Assembly: GCA_035490055.1 (NCBI GenBank) | Contig: DATHIB010000164.1 | Coordinates: forward strand, 29,380-93,379 | Source of the DNA: Candidatus Limnocylindria bacterium | GTDB taxonomy: Bacteria > Acidobacteriota > Terriglobia > Acidiferrales > UBA7541 | DNA length: 64,000 nt | Direction: 5' to 3' | In this document: positions 18,683 through 28,852 of the stretch, one piece after another | Layout: each line of letters opens with the position of its first letter | Position numbering within the stretch: position 1 is the stretch's first letter | Position numbers and translations under genes: made by a program | Notes under the pieces: generated by a model | The model's database searches: none | The model's input: the letters and a program-made list of their open reading frames with translations, nothing else | Told to the model about the DNA's origin: nothing

Positions 18683-19763
18683 CGTTCAGGCGGCGAATTT
18701 CCCGATTACCGATCCTCCCGCTTCTCCCGCGCCGGTTGTGGTTCGCGCGTTTGAGAGTCAGGATGCGGAGCGCTGGGATCGCTTCGTTTTAGAGCATCCC
18801 CAGGGGACCTTTTTCCACCAAGTGGCATGGAAGCGGGTTGTCGAAAGAACATTTGATCATCAGGCCCAGTATGTTTTCGGAGAGCGCGATGGTCGAATCG
18901 TTGCGGTTGCACCTGTATTCAAGGTTTCGAATTGGATGGTGGGCCGGTGTCTAGTGTCATCTCCATTGGCTTCGTACGGTGGCATTTGCGCCGAGGACCC
19001 CGAGGCTGAAAAGGCCCTGCTCGAATTCCTCAAACGGCAGGCGCAAGAGCAGCAAGTGGACTATTTAGAATTGCGGAATCCGATCGGCGGGACGCTGCCT
19101 GGATTTGTTCCCAATCCGCGCTATTCCAGTTTTTCGATGGCTCTCTCGAAGGACCCGGAAGCGGTGCTGAAGGGACTTCCCAAAGATATCCGTTACATGA
19201 TTCGCAAGGCTGAAAAGGCGGACCTGCATGTGCATCGCGGCCCGGAACTTCTCGACGAATTCTATAAGCTCTTTACGATTAACATGCGCCGTCTCGGCAC
19301 GCCGGTGTTTCCTCGGGCGCTTTTCGTGAATCTTCTCGAGGAGTTTGGCAAGCAGATCGATGTGCTCGTTGTGTATGCGGGTTCGGAACCCGTGGCAAGT
19401 GCGGTGTCTTTTCTCTTTCGCGACACCATGCACCCGTACTATATCGGGGGCCTGCCGCTGGCGCGCGCGCTGGCCGCCAATAATTTCCTATGGTGGGAGC
19501 TCATGAAGTTTGCGGCCCAATCCGGCATGAACACCTTTGATTTCGGACGCAGTAAGAAAGGCACCGGAGCGTACGCCTTCAAGAAGAAGTGGAATCCCAA
19601 GATCACGGACCTGGACTACCAAGTATTTCTGGTAAAGCGCAAGACCGCTCCAAACTTTTCCCCTGCCAATCCCAAATTTGAAGTTGCGACCCGAGTCTGG
19701 AGCCGCCTGCCGTTGTGGCTGACGAACAGGTTGGGACCGCGAGTCGTACGCTGGATTCCATGA
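18669..19763 (+). CDS. FemAB-related protein (TIGR03019-like)
   Basis: WDRFVLEHPQGTFFHQVAW, LVSSPLASYGG, FDFGRSKKGTGAYAFKKKW. Confidence 0.87.
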   Translation: MTSLSVQAANFPITDPPASPAPVVVRAFESQDAERWDRFVLEHPQGTFFHQVAWKRVVERTFDHQAQYVFGERDGRIVAVAPVFKVSNWMVGRCLVSSPLASYGGICAEDPEAEKALLEFLKRQAQEQQVDYLELRNPIGGTLPGFVPNPRYSSFSMALSKDPEAVLKGLPKDIRYMIRKAEKADLHVHRGPELLDEFYKLFTINMRRLGTPVFPRALFVNLLEEFGKQIDVLVVYAGSEPVASAVSFLFRDTMHPYYIGGLPLARALAANNFLWWELMKFAAQSGMNTFDFGRSKKGTGAYAFKKKWNPKITDLDYQVFLVKRKTAPNFSPANPKFEVATRVWSRLPLWLTNRLGPRVVRWIP

Positions 19764-19831
19764 CCGGAATAGAGCGCCTTTGAATCGCCGGTAACCGGCC
19801 CGCGCGGGATTCCGGTGCGGATTCTCTGAAA

Positions 19832-21067
19832 ATGCAGACCCAACCTGAAATCGAACGCAATCTTACCTCGCATGCCGTCATCACCGGCACGCCTTCCGAG
19901 GATGCCAATCTTTTGCGTATTCTGCATGTCATCAGCTACATGGGCCGCGGTGGCGCAGAGATGGGTATTCTGAAACTTATCGCCGGCCTGGGCGAGGGGT
20001 TCGAACACCGGATCTGTACTACCCGTGGTTTCGATGCAGACTTTGTGCGATCGTCCTTTTCCGAGGAAAAGATGTATGTTGCAGGAAGCTCTGACCTCAA
20101 GTTGCAATTCCCGCTCTTCCGGCTGGCTCGCATCATGCGCCGATACCGCCCACATATCGTGCACGCGCGCAATTGGGGAGCGATCGAGGCCGTGGCGGCG
20201 GCCAAACTGGCCGGCGTTCCTGTGGTCATTCATAGCGAGCACGGATATGAAATCGACATGTTCGCTGGCCTGCCCATCCGCCGCCGTCTCTTTCGTCGCG
20301 CAGCTTACGCCATGACGGATGCAGTTTTCGCTGTCACTCGCGAACTGCGCAATTTTCATGCACGCCAAACGTGGATCCACCCAGAGCGCATCGGCGTGAT
20401 TTACAACGGCGTGGATACCCAGCGTTTTGCACCCCACAGAGAAACGCGGGTCGCGGTGCGCAAAGAATTGGGTTTGTCCGAAGAATCTTTCGTAGTTGGC
20501 GCCGTTGGACGATTGGTGCCGATCAAGGATCAACAGACGCTGCTCAAAGCGGTCGCGCTGCTATCGGGAACCGGGATTGATGTGCGAGTTCTGCTAGTTG
20601 GTTCGGGACCCGAGCGCGAAAAACTCCAGGGCCGGGCCACGGATGCTCTTGAAGGCCGAGTTTGTTTCGCAGGCGATTCCGACCGCGTCCCCGAGATGCT
20701 GAACGCTATGGACGTTTTCGTGCTGCCCTCGCTCGGGGAAGGGATGTCCAATACTTTGCTGGAAGCCATGGCCTGTGGCTTGCCGGTCCTCGCGACAAAT
20801 GTCGGCGGCAATCCAGAAATCATAGAAAACCACGTTAACGGCTGCTTATTTGCACCGGGAGACGCCGAATGGCTTGCAAGCATGCTGAAGCTCCTGGCGC
20901 GGGATCCAGCCCTCATTCACCAGTTGGGCACGGCGGCTAGGAACCGGGCTATCGAGTCGTTCAGCTTGAGCCGCATGCTGGAGACATACCGCAGCTTTTA
21001 TCTTGATCTCACTGCACGCCGGGGGATCGCGGCCGTAAGGACGGATACCGCACATGTGCGGAATTAG
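19832..21067 (+). CDS. Glycosyltransferase family 4 (TIGR03088-like)
   Basis: HSEHG, IYNGVDT, GRLVPIKD, PSLGEGMSNTLLEAMACGLPV. Confidence 0.9.
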   Translation: MQTQPEIERNLTSHAVITGTPSEDANLLRILHVISYMGRGGAEMGILKLIAGLGEGFEHRICTTRGFDADFVRSSFSEEKMYVAGSSDLKLQFPLFRLARIMRRYRPHIVHARNWGAIEAVAAAKLAGVPVVIHSEHGYEIDMFAGLPIRRRLFRRAAYAMTDAVFAVTRELRNFHARQTWIHPERIGVIYNGVDTQRFAPHRETRVAVRKELGLSEESFVVGAVGRLVPIKDQQTLLKAVALLSGTGIDVRVLLVGSGPEREKLQGRATDALEGRVCFAGDSDRVPEMLNAMDVFVLPSLGEGMSNTLLEAMACGLPVLATNVGGNPEIIENHVNGCLFAPGDAEWLASMLKLLARDPALIHQLGTAARNRAIESFSLSRMLETYRSFYLDLTARRGIAAVRTDTAHVRN

Positions 21068-22928
21068 CGGCATCTTCGAATTTGAGCGCCGGGAGCCATT
21101 CCCCCAGGAAGTCGTCCACCGGATGAACGAAACTATCGTTCATCGTGGCCCGGATGACGAGGGCATCTATTGCGGCGAAGGAATTGGCTTCGGATTCCGG
21201 AGGCTCAGCATCATCGATCTGGCGGGAGGCCACCAGCCAATCTCCAACGAGGACGGCCGCTTCTGGGTCATGTTGAACGGGGAGATCTACAACTATTCCG
21301 AACTGCGGCGTGAACTGGAGAGCCGCGGCCACCGCTTTGCCACACGTTCGGATACCGAGACGATCGTTCACCTCTACGAGGAATACGGTGAGGGCTGTTT
21401 TCGAATGCTCCGGGGAATGTTTGCCATTGCCCTCTGGGACTCAAAAGAGAGAAAGCTACTGCTCGCGCGGGACCGCGTGGGCAAAAAACCGCTGTTCTAT
21501 GCGGCGGACTCCAAACGCATCATCTTCGGCTCCGAGTTGAAAGTGTTGCTCGCCGCCGGCGGGATGTCCCGCGAGATCGACCGGGAAGCGCTGTGCGACT
21601 ACTTTTCGTGCGGCTATATTCCGGCGCCCAAGACCATCTATCGCGCTGCCCGCAAAGTTCGACCGGGGCACTATCTGGTGGCTTCGAACGGAAACATTCG
21701 CGAAGTCTGCTATTGGGATCTTTCCTTCGCCGAAGTGGAAAACCGCACCGAGGATGAATGGTGCGAACTACTGCGCCACGAATTGTGCGAAGCGACCCGG
21801 GTGCGCCTGATGAGCGACGTACCGCTCGGCGCTTTCTTGAGCGGCGGCATCGATTCTTCCGCGATCGTCGGCACGATGAGCCGCCTCATGAAGCGGCCCG
21901 TCACAACCTGCTCGATCGGATTTGAAGAAAAAGAATTTGATGAGGCCGGGTACGCCCGGGAAGTTGCGAATCTCTTCCATTCGGAGCATCACGAAGAAAC
22001 GGTGCGGCCCAGCGCGCTGGAGGTCATGGAGAAGTTGGTCTGGCACTTTGACGAACCGTTCGCGGATTCCTCTGCTATTCCCACGTATTACGTCTCCCGG
22101 GTGGCGCGGCGCCACGTGACGGTCGCTCTTGGCGGTGACGGAGGCGACGAGAATCTCGCGGGCTATCGCCGATACATGCTGGACTACTATGAAAACCGCC
22201 TGCGGAGCAACGTGCCGCAATTCGTGAGGTCGGCCGTGTTTGGTCCGCTCGGCCGCTGGTATCCCGCGCTTGCCTGGGCCCCGCGCGTCGTTCGCGGCAA
22301 GGCCACTTTTCAGAGCCTTTCACAAACGCCGTTGGAAGGTTATTTCAATTCGATTTCTTATTTCCGTCCCGACGAAAAGCAGCGGCTGTTCACACCAGAA
22401 TTCCAGAAGAGTCTCGGTGGTTACAACACCATCGAGGTTTTCCGCGAGCATTACAACCGCGCCGACACAGATGACCTCCTCTCGAGAATCCAGTACCTGG
22501 ACATCAAAACGTACCTGACAGACGACATCCTCGCGAAAGTGGACCGCGCCAGCATGGCCGTCTCGCTGGAGGTCCGAGCTCCCCTCCTCGACCATCAGTT
22601 GATGGAAAAAATCTCGCGCATTCCCTCTTCCCTCAAACTGAATGGCCGCTCCGGGAAGTACATTTTCAAGAAAGCCATGTCCTCCATGCTTCCGGACCAA
22701 ATCCTTCACCGCCGCAAGCAGGGCTTCGCCATTCCGCTGGGTCAATGGTTCCGCCAGGAACTCAAGGAAATGACGGAGAAAACGCTTTTCGATTCGAACG
22801 ACGGAATTCTCGATCCTGGTTTCCTCCGGAAGATCTGGAATCAGCATCAGCGCGGACACTATGACCGATCGGCGCACCTTTGGTCGGTCCTGATGTTCCG
22901 TAAATGGAAAGAAACGTTTGCAGTTTAA
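21054..22928 (+). CDS. asnB: AsnB-family amidotransferase, paralogue 2 (TIGR03108-like)
   Basis: MCGI, HRGPD, NGEIYN, LSGGIDSS, GDGGDENLAGY. Confidence 0.92.
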   Translation: MCGISGIFEFERREPFPQEVVHRMNETIVHRGPDDEGIYCGEGIGFGFRRLSIIDLAGGHQPISNEDGRFWVMLNGEIYNYSELRRELESRGHRFATRSDTETIVHLYEEYGEGCFRMLRGMFAIALWDSKERKLLLARDRVGKKPLFYAADSKRIIFGSELKVLLAAGGMSREIDREALCDYFSCGYIPAPKTIYRAARKVRPGHYLVASNGNIREVCYWDLSFAEVENRTEDEWCELLRHELCEATRVRLMSDVPLGAFLSGGIDSSAIVGTMSRLMKRPVTTCSIGFEEKEFDEAGYAREVANLFHSEHHEETVRPSALEVMEKLVWHFDEPFADSSAIPTYYVSRVARRHVTVALGGDGGDENLAGYRRYMLDYYENRLRSNVPQFVRSAVFGPLGRWYPALAWAPRVVRGKATFQSLSQTPLEGYFNSISYFRPDEKQRLFTPEFQKSLGGYNTIEVFREHYNRADTDDLLSRIQYLDIKTYLTDDILAKVDRASMAVSLEVRAPLLDHQLMEKISRIPSSLKLNGRSGKYIFKKAMSSMLPDQILHRRKQGFAIPLGQWFRQELKEMTEKTLFDSNDGILDPGFLRKIWNQHQRGHYDRSAHLWSVLMFRKWKETFAV

Positions 22929-22937
22929 AGGCACCAG

Positions 22938-24827
22938 ATGAGCGGCATTTGCGGAATCTGCGAACCGGGCCGGTCTCTGAGTCCGGCGGGCATCAAAGCG
23001 ATGCTCGCCGCTCTCAGTTTGCCGGACGAGACCGGTCAACTAGCGCCTGGCAAAGATTCCGTGGCGCTGGGTGTATCGCAGCGCTGGCACTTCCAGCAAG
23101 TGGCCAGTATTCCCGGCGTTCGTATCGCTGCAGACGCAGAACTCTTCAATCGCCAGGAACTCACAAAGTCTCTCCAAGGCGGAACTTACGATCCCGCCTG
23201 CCTTACATCCGCTGAATTGCTGGCACGCCTCTATCGAGAGCGCGGAGTTTCCTTCGTCGAACTGCTGGATGGCGTTTTCTCCTTCGCCCTCTGGGATGAA
23301 GTGCACCGCCGTTTAGTGCTGGCGATTGACCGCCTTGGGGTCAACAGTCTGTATTGGCGCAAGGAAGGTGACCGCATCCTTTTTGCTTCGCGGGTGGGAG
23401 CCATTCGCAGTACCCAGGAAGCGCAGGCGACAGTCAATCCGGCCGCACTTGTGCAGTACATGCTTTTCAGTGCCGTCCCTGCTCCAATGGTGATTTATCA
23501 GGGAATCGAGAAGATTCGCCCTGGGTTTTGCCTGGTGTATGAGGCTGGCCAGATTCGCCAGACTCGCTACTGGGATCTCGAATATCGTGAGAGCGACAAT
23601 CGGGACGTTGCCCACTGGGCGCACGAAGTCCGCGAAGGGATGCGCTCCGCAGTCCATCGTCAACTGGCCGATCTCGCTCCGGAAAATACGGGGGCCTACT
23701 TAAGTGGGGGCACGGATAGTAGCAGTGTGGTCGCCTTCATGAATGAGTATCAGTCTCCCGTCAACACCTACTCGATTTTTTTTGCCGAAGCGGTCTACAG
23801 CGAGGTCGGCTTTGCTCGCACCACAGCAAAGCATTTCCGCGCCAACCACCATGAACTTAGCCTGACTTCCCGTGATACGTACGACGCTATTCCGAAGATC
23901 ATGGAGTATTACGACGAGCCCTTCGCGAACTCTTCCGCCATTGGGGCCTACCATTGTGCCCGCATGGCACGCGAATCTGGTGTGACCACATTGCTTGCTG
24001 GAGATGGAGGCGACGAACTCTTCGCCGGCAACGAGCGTTACGCGACCGACAAGCGCTTCGCGCTGTATCAACAAGTGCCAGCCTGGCTCCGCAAGGGAGT
24101 CATCGAACCGATCGCCGCTTTGCTCCCACAAAATGAGAGCCATCTCAGTCTGCCTCGGCGCTACGTCCGGCGAGCCAACATTCCTCTCCCGCGGCGGATT
24201 TTTTCTTACCATCTTCTACTGAGCACTCCGCCGGAGGAAATGTTCGAGCAGGGTTTGCTGGAGAGCGCTCCGCCCGAAACATGGCTTGACGTTGCTGAGG
24301 GGCATTTTCGTTCCGCCGTGGCGGAAAGCGATCTGAACAGGCTGCTTTATCTCGACGTCAAGATGACTTTGGCCGACAATGACCTCCGCAAAGTGCTGGG
24401 CACTGCTGAATTGGCGGGTGTCCGCGCGCGCTTTCCGCTGCTCGATTACACGCTCGCCGAGCTTTCCGGACGCGTCCCCGCGGCGTTGAAGATGCGGGGC
24501 TTTGAAAAGCGCTTCATCTTCAAAGAAGCCATGAGGGAAATCCTGCCGCACAATATCCTTTACAAGAAAAAACACGGTTTTGGTGTGCCTGTCGCGCTAT
24601 GGTTTCTGCAAGATCCCCGACTGGAAACGCTCGTTGCGGACGTTTTGACGGATTCACGCACCCGGCAGCGAGGTTACTTTCGCCCCGCCTTTCTGGACCA
24701 TTTGCTGCGGCTGCACCGCGGCAAGGACGCCCACTTTTACGGCGAGATTCTTTGGTATCTGGTGGCCTTGGAGCTTTGGCATCGTCAGCACTTGGAGCGG
24801 TCTCTGGAGAGTGTTTGTGCGGATTGA
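22938..24827 (+). CDS. AsnB-like ATP-dependent amide ligase with degenerate glutaminase domain, paralogue 3
   Basis: Starts MSGICG (no Cys1). HRGPD is replaced by SLPDE and NGEIYN by DAELFN. The synthetase motifs LSGGTDSS and GDGGDELFAG are intact. Confidence 0.85.
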   Translation: MSGICGICEPGRSLSPAGIKAMLAALSLPDETGQLAPGKDSVALGVSQRWHFQQVASIPGVRIAADAELFNRQELTKSLQGGTYDPACLTSAELLARLYRERGVSFVELLDGVFSFALWDEVHRRLVLAIDRLGVNSLYWRKEGDRILFASRVGAIRSTQEAQATVNPAALVQYMLFSAVPAPMVIYQGIEKIRPGFCLVYEAGQIRQTRYWDLEYRESDNRDVAHWAHEVREGMRSAVHRQLADLAPENTGAYLSGGTDSSSVVAFMNEYQSPVNTYSIFFAEAVYSEVGFARTTAKHFRANHHELSLTSRDTYDAIPKIMEYYDEPFANSSAIGAYHCARMARESGVTTLLAGDGGDELFAGNERYATDKRFALYQQVPAWLRKGVIEPIAALLPQNESHLSLPRRYVRRANIPLPRRIFSYHLLLSTPPEEMFEQGLLESAPPETWLDVAEGHFRSAVAESDLNRLLYLDVKMTLADNDLRKVLGTAELAGVRARFPLLDYTLAELSGRVPAALKMRGFEKRFIFKEAMREILPHNILYKKKHGFGVPVALWFLQDPRLETLVADVLTDSRTRQRGYFRPAFLDHLLRLHRGKDAHFYGEILWYLVALELWHRQHLERSLESVCAD

Positions 24828-26052
24828 GCGCACTTCAACAAGCGGGCTCCCCGCTCTTCGGCCCGAAAGCCAGGGCTGGGTGCACGCTTCGATCCCGCGC
24901 AAGCCGCTGTTCGATTGGCGGGAACTCCTCATCAAGGGCATGCACTACAGTGGAGCCTTGAATCTCGCCCGTCGTCTCTCCAAGTCCCATGAAATTCACC
25001 CGCACTCTTCCCTTCCGTTTCCGCGCTTCGAACGCGTCAAGACTCCCAGATTTGTGATCCTGTGCTACCACGGAATTGGCGAGTCCGGAAATCCGCTCTG
25101 CGCTGCGCTCACCCGCGAACTCTTCGAAACGCAAATGCGTTTCCTGCGCGAGAATTATCGGGTAGTTTCCCTCGATGAAGCGTGTCGTGAATTACGCAGC
25201 GGCGCGAAGCCCGAGCCCGGAGTCGCTATTACCTTTGACGACGGCTATCGCAGCGCCTACACCGTAGCCTTTCCGATTCTGCAAAGGTACCGCCTGCCGG
25301 CCACGGTTTATTTGACTATCGAGCCCGTCGAGACCGGCCAGGTTGCCTGGTATGACCGCGTTTTCCTGGCCATGGCTGTGGCCCCCAGCGGCGAACTCAA
25401 GCTCAACCTCCAGGGCCCCTGGCTTTTCCAGGTGAATTCCCCGGAGGATCGCTTGCGCGCGGCTCTAGAAGTAGTTGCCTTCCTGCGTACACTTCCCAAT
25501 TCACAGCGTCGCGAGTGCTGCGCCTTACTGGAGAATAAGATTGGTCTGCCTCAAAATAAGCTCTCCAGCCGCGTTTTGACATGGGATGAGATTCACACCA
25601 TGCACCAGGCGGGAATTGCCTTTGGCTCGCACACCCTCACCCATCCGGTGGTGAGCCAGTTGGCGCCTCAGGAATTGGAGCAGGAGCTTGGCGCCTCCAA
25701 ACGCCTTCTTGAGAAAATGCTGGGAATTCCCGTCCTGGATTTTGCGTTTCCCTTCGGCAAAGCTTCCGATTGCAGCAGCGCAGCCCTCGATATGCTTGCG
25801 CGCTGCGGATATCGTTCCGCCGCAACCACCGTTCCCGGCGCGAATACTCCCCAGGTCAATCTTTTCGAACTGCGCCGCTTGCAAGTCGGCTTGGATGGCT
25901 CACTCGCCCGTTTTGCCTTCGATCTTGGCCGGGCGTTTCTGTGCGCCGAAGAGCTTCGTGCGTTGAACGTTTCGCCGGCCGGTTCTTACAGTGCTCAAGA
26001 AGTTCCCATCCCGGTCGGCATGGGCGGCGCATTGGGAGACTCCGATGCGTGA
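24811..26052 (+). CDS. Polysaccharide deacetylase (NodB/CE4)
   Basis: ITFDDGY, GSHTLTHP, FAFPFG. Confidence 0.87.
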   Translation: MFVRIERTSTSGLPALRPESQGWVHASIPRKPLFDWRELLIKGMHYSGALNLARRLSKSHEIHPHSSLPFPRFERVKTPRFVILCYHGIGESGNPLCAALTRELFETQMRFLRENYRVVSLDEACRELRSGAKPEPGVAITFDDGYRSAYTVAFPILQRYRLPATVYLTIEPVETGQVAWYDRVFLAMAVAPSGELKLNLQGPWLFQVNSPEDRLRAALEVVAFLRTLPNSQRRECCALLENKIGLPQNKLSSRVLTWDEIHTMHQAGIAFGSHTLTHPVVSQLAPQELEQELGASKRLLEKMLGIPVLDFAFPFGKASDCSSAALDMLARCGYRSAATTVPGANTPQVNLFELRRLQVGLDGSLARFAFDLGRAFLCAEELRALNVSPAGSYSAQEVPIPVGMGGALGDSDA

Positions 26053-27394
26053 CCTGATTCTGTTCATTATCATCGCGATCTCCATCCCGATCAGCTTTTT
26101 TCGGCCCTACTTCGGGATTTTGATCTGGACGTGGATTACATTCTTTAACCCACATCGATACACGTGGGGTTTCATGTATAACTTCCCGGTGGCGGCGGTC
26201 ATTGCCGTGCCCACTCTGATCGGCTGTCTGTTTACTTCCAACATCAACAAGCAGTTTCTGAAGCGGGAAACATTTTTACTGGCTGTCCTGTGGATCTGGT
26301 TTTGCATCACCTTTTTCTATGCGATGCAGGTCCCATTCTTTCAGGGACATATCCTGGACGCGAAGCTGGAGTGGGTGAGAGTCAGCAAAGTCCTGTTAAT
26401 CACATTCACTATGATTTTGTTGGTCACTTCGCACCAGAGATTGAAGTCTCTTGTCATGGTTACGGCATTGAGCTTTGGAGCCCTGGCCGTCAAAGGCGCG
26501 ATCTTCGGAGTTCGTACCGGCGGAGAGGCTCGCGTCTGGGGACCGCCGGATTCTTTCATTGCTGACAACAACTCATTTGCCCTGGCCGTCAATATGTCTC
26601 TTCCGATGCTCTTTTTCCTCGCGCGCGATGAGAAAACGCGCACTTACCGATGGCTTCTGCATTTAGCTTTTGCTTGCGGAGTTCTCTCCGTGGTGCTCAC
26701 TTATTCGCGCGGCGGCCTGCTCGGACTGGCCGCGGTGCTCCTCGCGATCACGTTTAAGTCGCGGTATAAACTTGTTGGCGTTTTTCTGGTGGCCTTATCT
26801 TTTGCCGCCGTGATCACTTTCGCGCCGCCCCAATGGATGAATCGTATGGGAGGGCTTGTCCGCGGCGATGTGGACATGTCCGGTCACCAGCGGCTCGTGT
26901 CTTGGGGAACTTCCTGGAATTTTGCAATGGACTACCCCGTCACCGGCGGTTCCTTCAATGCGCTTCCGGATGTCGAGATTTTCCAGCGTTACCAGAATGA
27001 GCCGTTGCCAGGAGGCTTCCTCTCTTCCGGTCCCCATAGCATTTATTTTCAGATCCTCGAAGAGCAGGGTTTCGTTGGGCTCGCGCTTTATCTCAGTCTC
27101 GTCGCCAGTTGCTGGGCAAGTCTGCTCGGCTTGCGGCGCCGCTCCGGACGTTCGCCTTCTAGCCGGTGGATCGTTCCCTATACCCATATGATCGAAGTCT
27201 CTCTTTTCGGTTTTCTGGTGAGCGGCGCATTTTTGGGTTTAGCCAATTTCGATCTTTTTTATCAGCTCGTCGCCATGGTCATCATTCTCAAAATGCTCTA
27301 TCGCTCCGAGACTCCGGTAGCGGCTCCCGTTCGTGCGGAGGAAACGGAGCCTATCAAAGTAGCGGAGGAATCGTTGATCGCTCGGGAAGCCTGA
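26045..27394 (+). CDS. O-antigen ligase/polymerase-family membrane protein (TIGR03097-like O-glycosylation ligase)
   Basis: Multi-TM, DNNSFAL, TYSRGGLLGL, HSIYFQILEEQGFVGL. Start at ATG 26045 (MRDLILF). Confidence 0.85.
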   Translation: MRDLILFIIIAISIPISFFRPYFGILIWTWITFFNPHRYTWGFMYNFPVAAVIAVPTLIGCLFTSNINKQFLKRETFLLAVLWIWFCITFFYAMQVPFFQGHILDAKLEWVRVSKVLLITFTMILLVTSHQRLKSLVMVTALSFGALAVKGAIFGVRTGGEARVWGPPDSFIADNNSFALAVNMSLPMLFFLARDEKTRTYRWLLHLAFACGVLSVVLTYSRGGLLGLAAVLLAITFKSRYKLVGVFLVALSFAAVITFAPPQWMNRMGGLVRGDVDMSGHQRLVSWGTSWNFAMDYPVTGGSFNALPDVEIFQRYQNEPLPGGFLSSGPHSIYFQILEEQGFVGLALYLSLVASCWASLLGLRRRSGRSPSSRWIVPYTHMIEVSLFGFLVSGAFLGLANFDLFYQLVAMVIILKMLYRSETPVAAPVRAEETEPIKVAEESLIAREA

Positions 27395-27449
27395 TCGAGC
27401 CCGCAGCAGCGGGGCGCGCTCGCAGAATTTCGGGAGGTTCTAAGTCGGG

Positions 27450-28637
27450 ATGTCAGAAATGTTGATTCGAACTCTCAAACTTGTTTCGCGCTCCGTCGCT
27501 CGGGCCGCTGCGCTGCTGTTTTTCTTTTTTCTCGTTTCCGGGAGCACTCGCGCCCAATCCTGGTCCTGGACCTATGATCTGATCGATCTGCCCGCCAAAT
27601 TTCCTTCCCTGGCTGTGGACTCCGGTTCGAATTTGCACATCAGCTACGCGGACAACACTGGCGCCCTCAAGTATGGATTTCGGCCTGCCGGATCGGCTAA
27701 ATGGTTCTTCATGGTGCTCGACAAGCAGCTCGGCGCGTTCACCACGAAGCTGACGCTCGATTCGAGCGACAATCCCCATGTCTGCTACACGCCTGGAATC
27801 ATCAAGTATGCCCATTTTGACGGCAAGCGATGGCAGTCCATTCAGATCGCAAAGGATAGCGGCGAAATCGGATACACCTGCTCGATCGTGATCTCCAAGG
27901 AGGGCGTCCCCCATTTGACTTGGTACCAGCTCTCCGGCCCAACTCCCAACTATCTGCACATCCGCTACGCCGTCTTCAAGGACAACGCGTGGCTGGCCCG
28001 CACTCTGGACTTCGACAATGAAACCGGCAAGTGGAATTCCATGGTCCTCGATGCCCAGAGCAATCCGCTCCTCTCTTACAGTGCCTGGTACGACGGCGAA
28101 CTGCGGCTCGCTCATTGGAATGGCAAGCAATGGGAGTTCAGCACCGTGGACTCTCGCACGCGAAGCCATGGAGAGTTCAACATCGGCGAAGGCAACTCTC
28201 TAATTCTTGATTCCGAGGGAAAACCGCACATTAGTTTTTACAGCGAAAAAGCGCTGAAATATGCCCATCTTGTGGGAGAAAATTGGAAAATCGAAACGGT
28301 AGACCAGTTCACTTGGCTCGGCGGCTGGGCGCATTTCCGGAGTGCCATCGTACTGGACAAGCAGGCACGTCCACACATCTGCTATGACGACGCCGGTCTG
28401 CTGAAGCATGCTTATTGGGACGGCAAGCAATGGCACATTCAGGTGCTCGCGAGAAACGGCATGGAATCGCTCCGCTACGCCACCATGGCCATCGGCCGGG
28501 ACGACACCATCTACATCGCCTTCCGGGATCCGGAGGACAACACATTGAAACTGGCGACCGGCCGGCCAACGCCAGGGCAAGAGGATACGGCGTCCAAGAA
28601 AGAAGAGAAACAGGCAGTGCCTCAGAAACAGGAGTAG
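27450..28637 (+). CDS. Secreted 7-repeat beta-propeller protein
   Basis: Signal peptide, then seven S-[LI]-x-[LI]-D-x3-P-H-I-x-Y...LKYA...W repeats. Confidence 0.7.
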   Translation: MSEMLIRTLKLVSRSVARAAALLFFFFLVSGSTRAQSWSWTYDLIDLPAKFPSLAVDSGSNLHISYADNTGALKYGFRPAGSAKWFFMVLDKQLGAFTTKLTLDSSDNPHVCYTPGIIKYAHFDGKRWQSIQIAKDSGEIGYTCSIVISKEGVPHLTWYQLSGPTPNYLHIRYAVFKDNAWLARTLDFDNETGKWNSMVLDAQSNPLLSYSAWYDGELRLAHWNGKQWEFSTVDSRTRSHGEFNIGEGNSLILDSEGKPHISFYSEKALKYAHLVGENWKIETVDQFTWLGGWAHFRSAIVLDKQARPHICYDDAGLLKHAYWDGKQWHIQVLARNGMESLRYATMAIGRDDTIYIAFRDPEDNTLKLATGRPTPGQEDTASKKEEKQAVPQKQE

Positions 28638-28852
28638 GCGCACCTGAAGAAATCGCTGGAAATGTCAGACCCGATGAACTTATTACTTGGGTGTCCTGCG
28701 AGCCGTTTGGCGCCGGCTCACTTTCGCCGCCTCTCTTCGTTAGGGCCACTTCACGATTCCCGAAGCGGCCGTGGCATTCTCACGCTCTGCAGAGAGGTCT
28801 GCCTCCGGCGAGGAAATCGCCCGAGCTGGCGCCCGAACAAGAGGCTGCACGC

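Noticed and set aside
22938-24827. Lasso-peptide cyclase reading of the Cys-less AsnB
   Set aside because: No precursor peptide, B1/RRE or B2 protease gene nearby; the context is glycan tailoring.
28415-28852. Long N-terminal extensions given by the ORF track (also at 7254, 36662, 40583, 46187 and 50784)
   Set aside because: They overlap neighbouring genes or lack homology-like sequence; downstream starts with RBS and family-typical N-termini are preferred.
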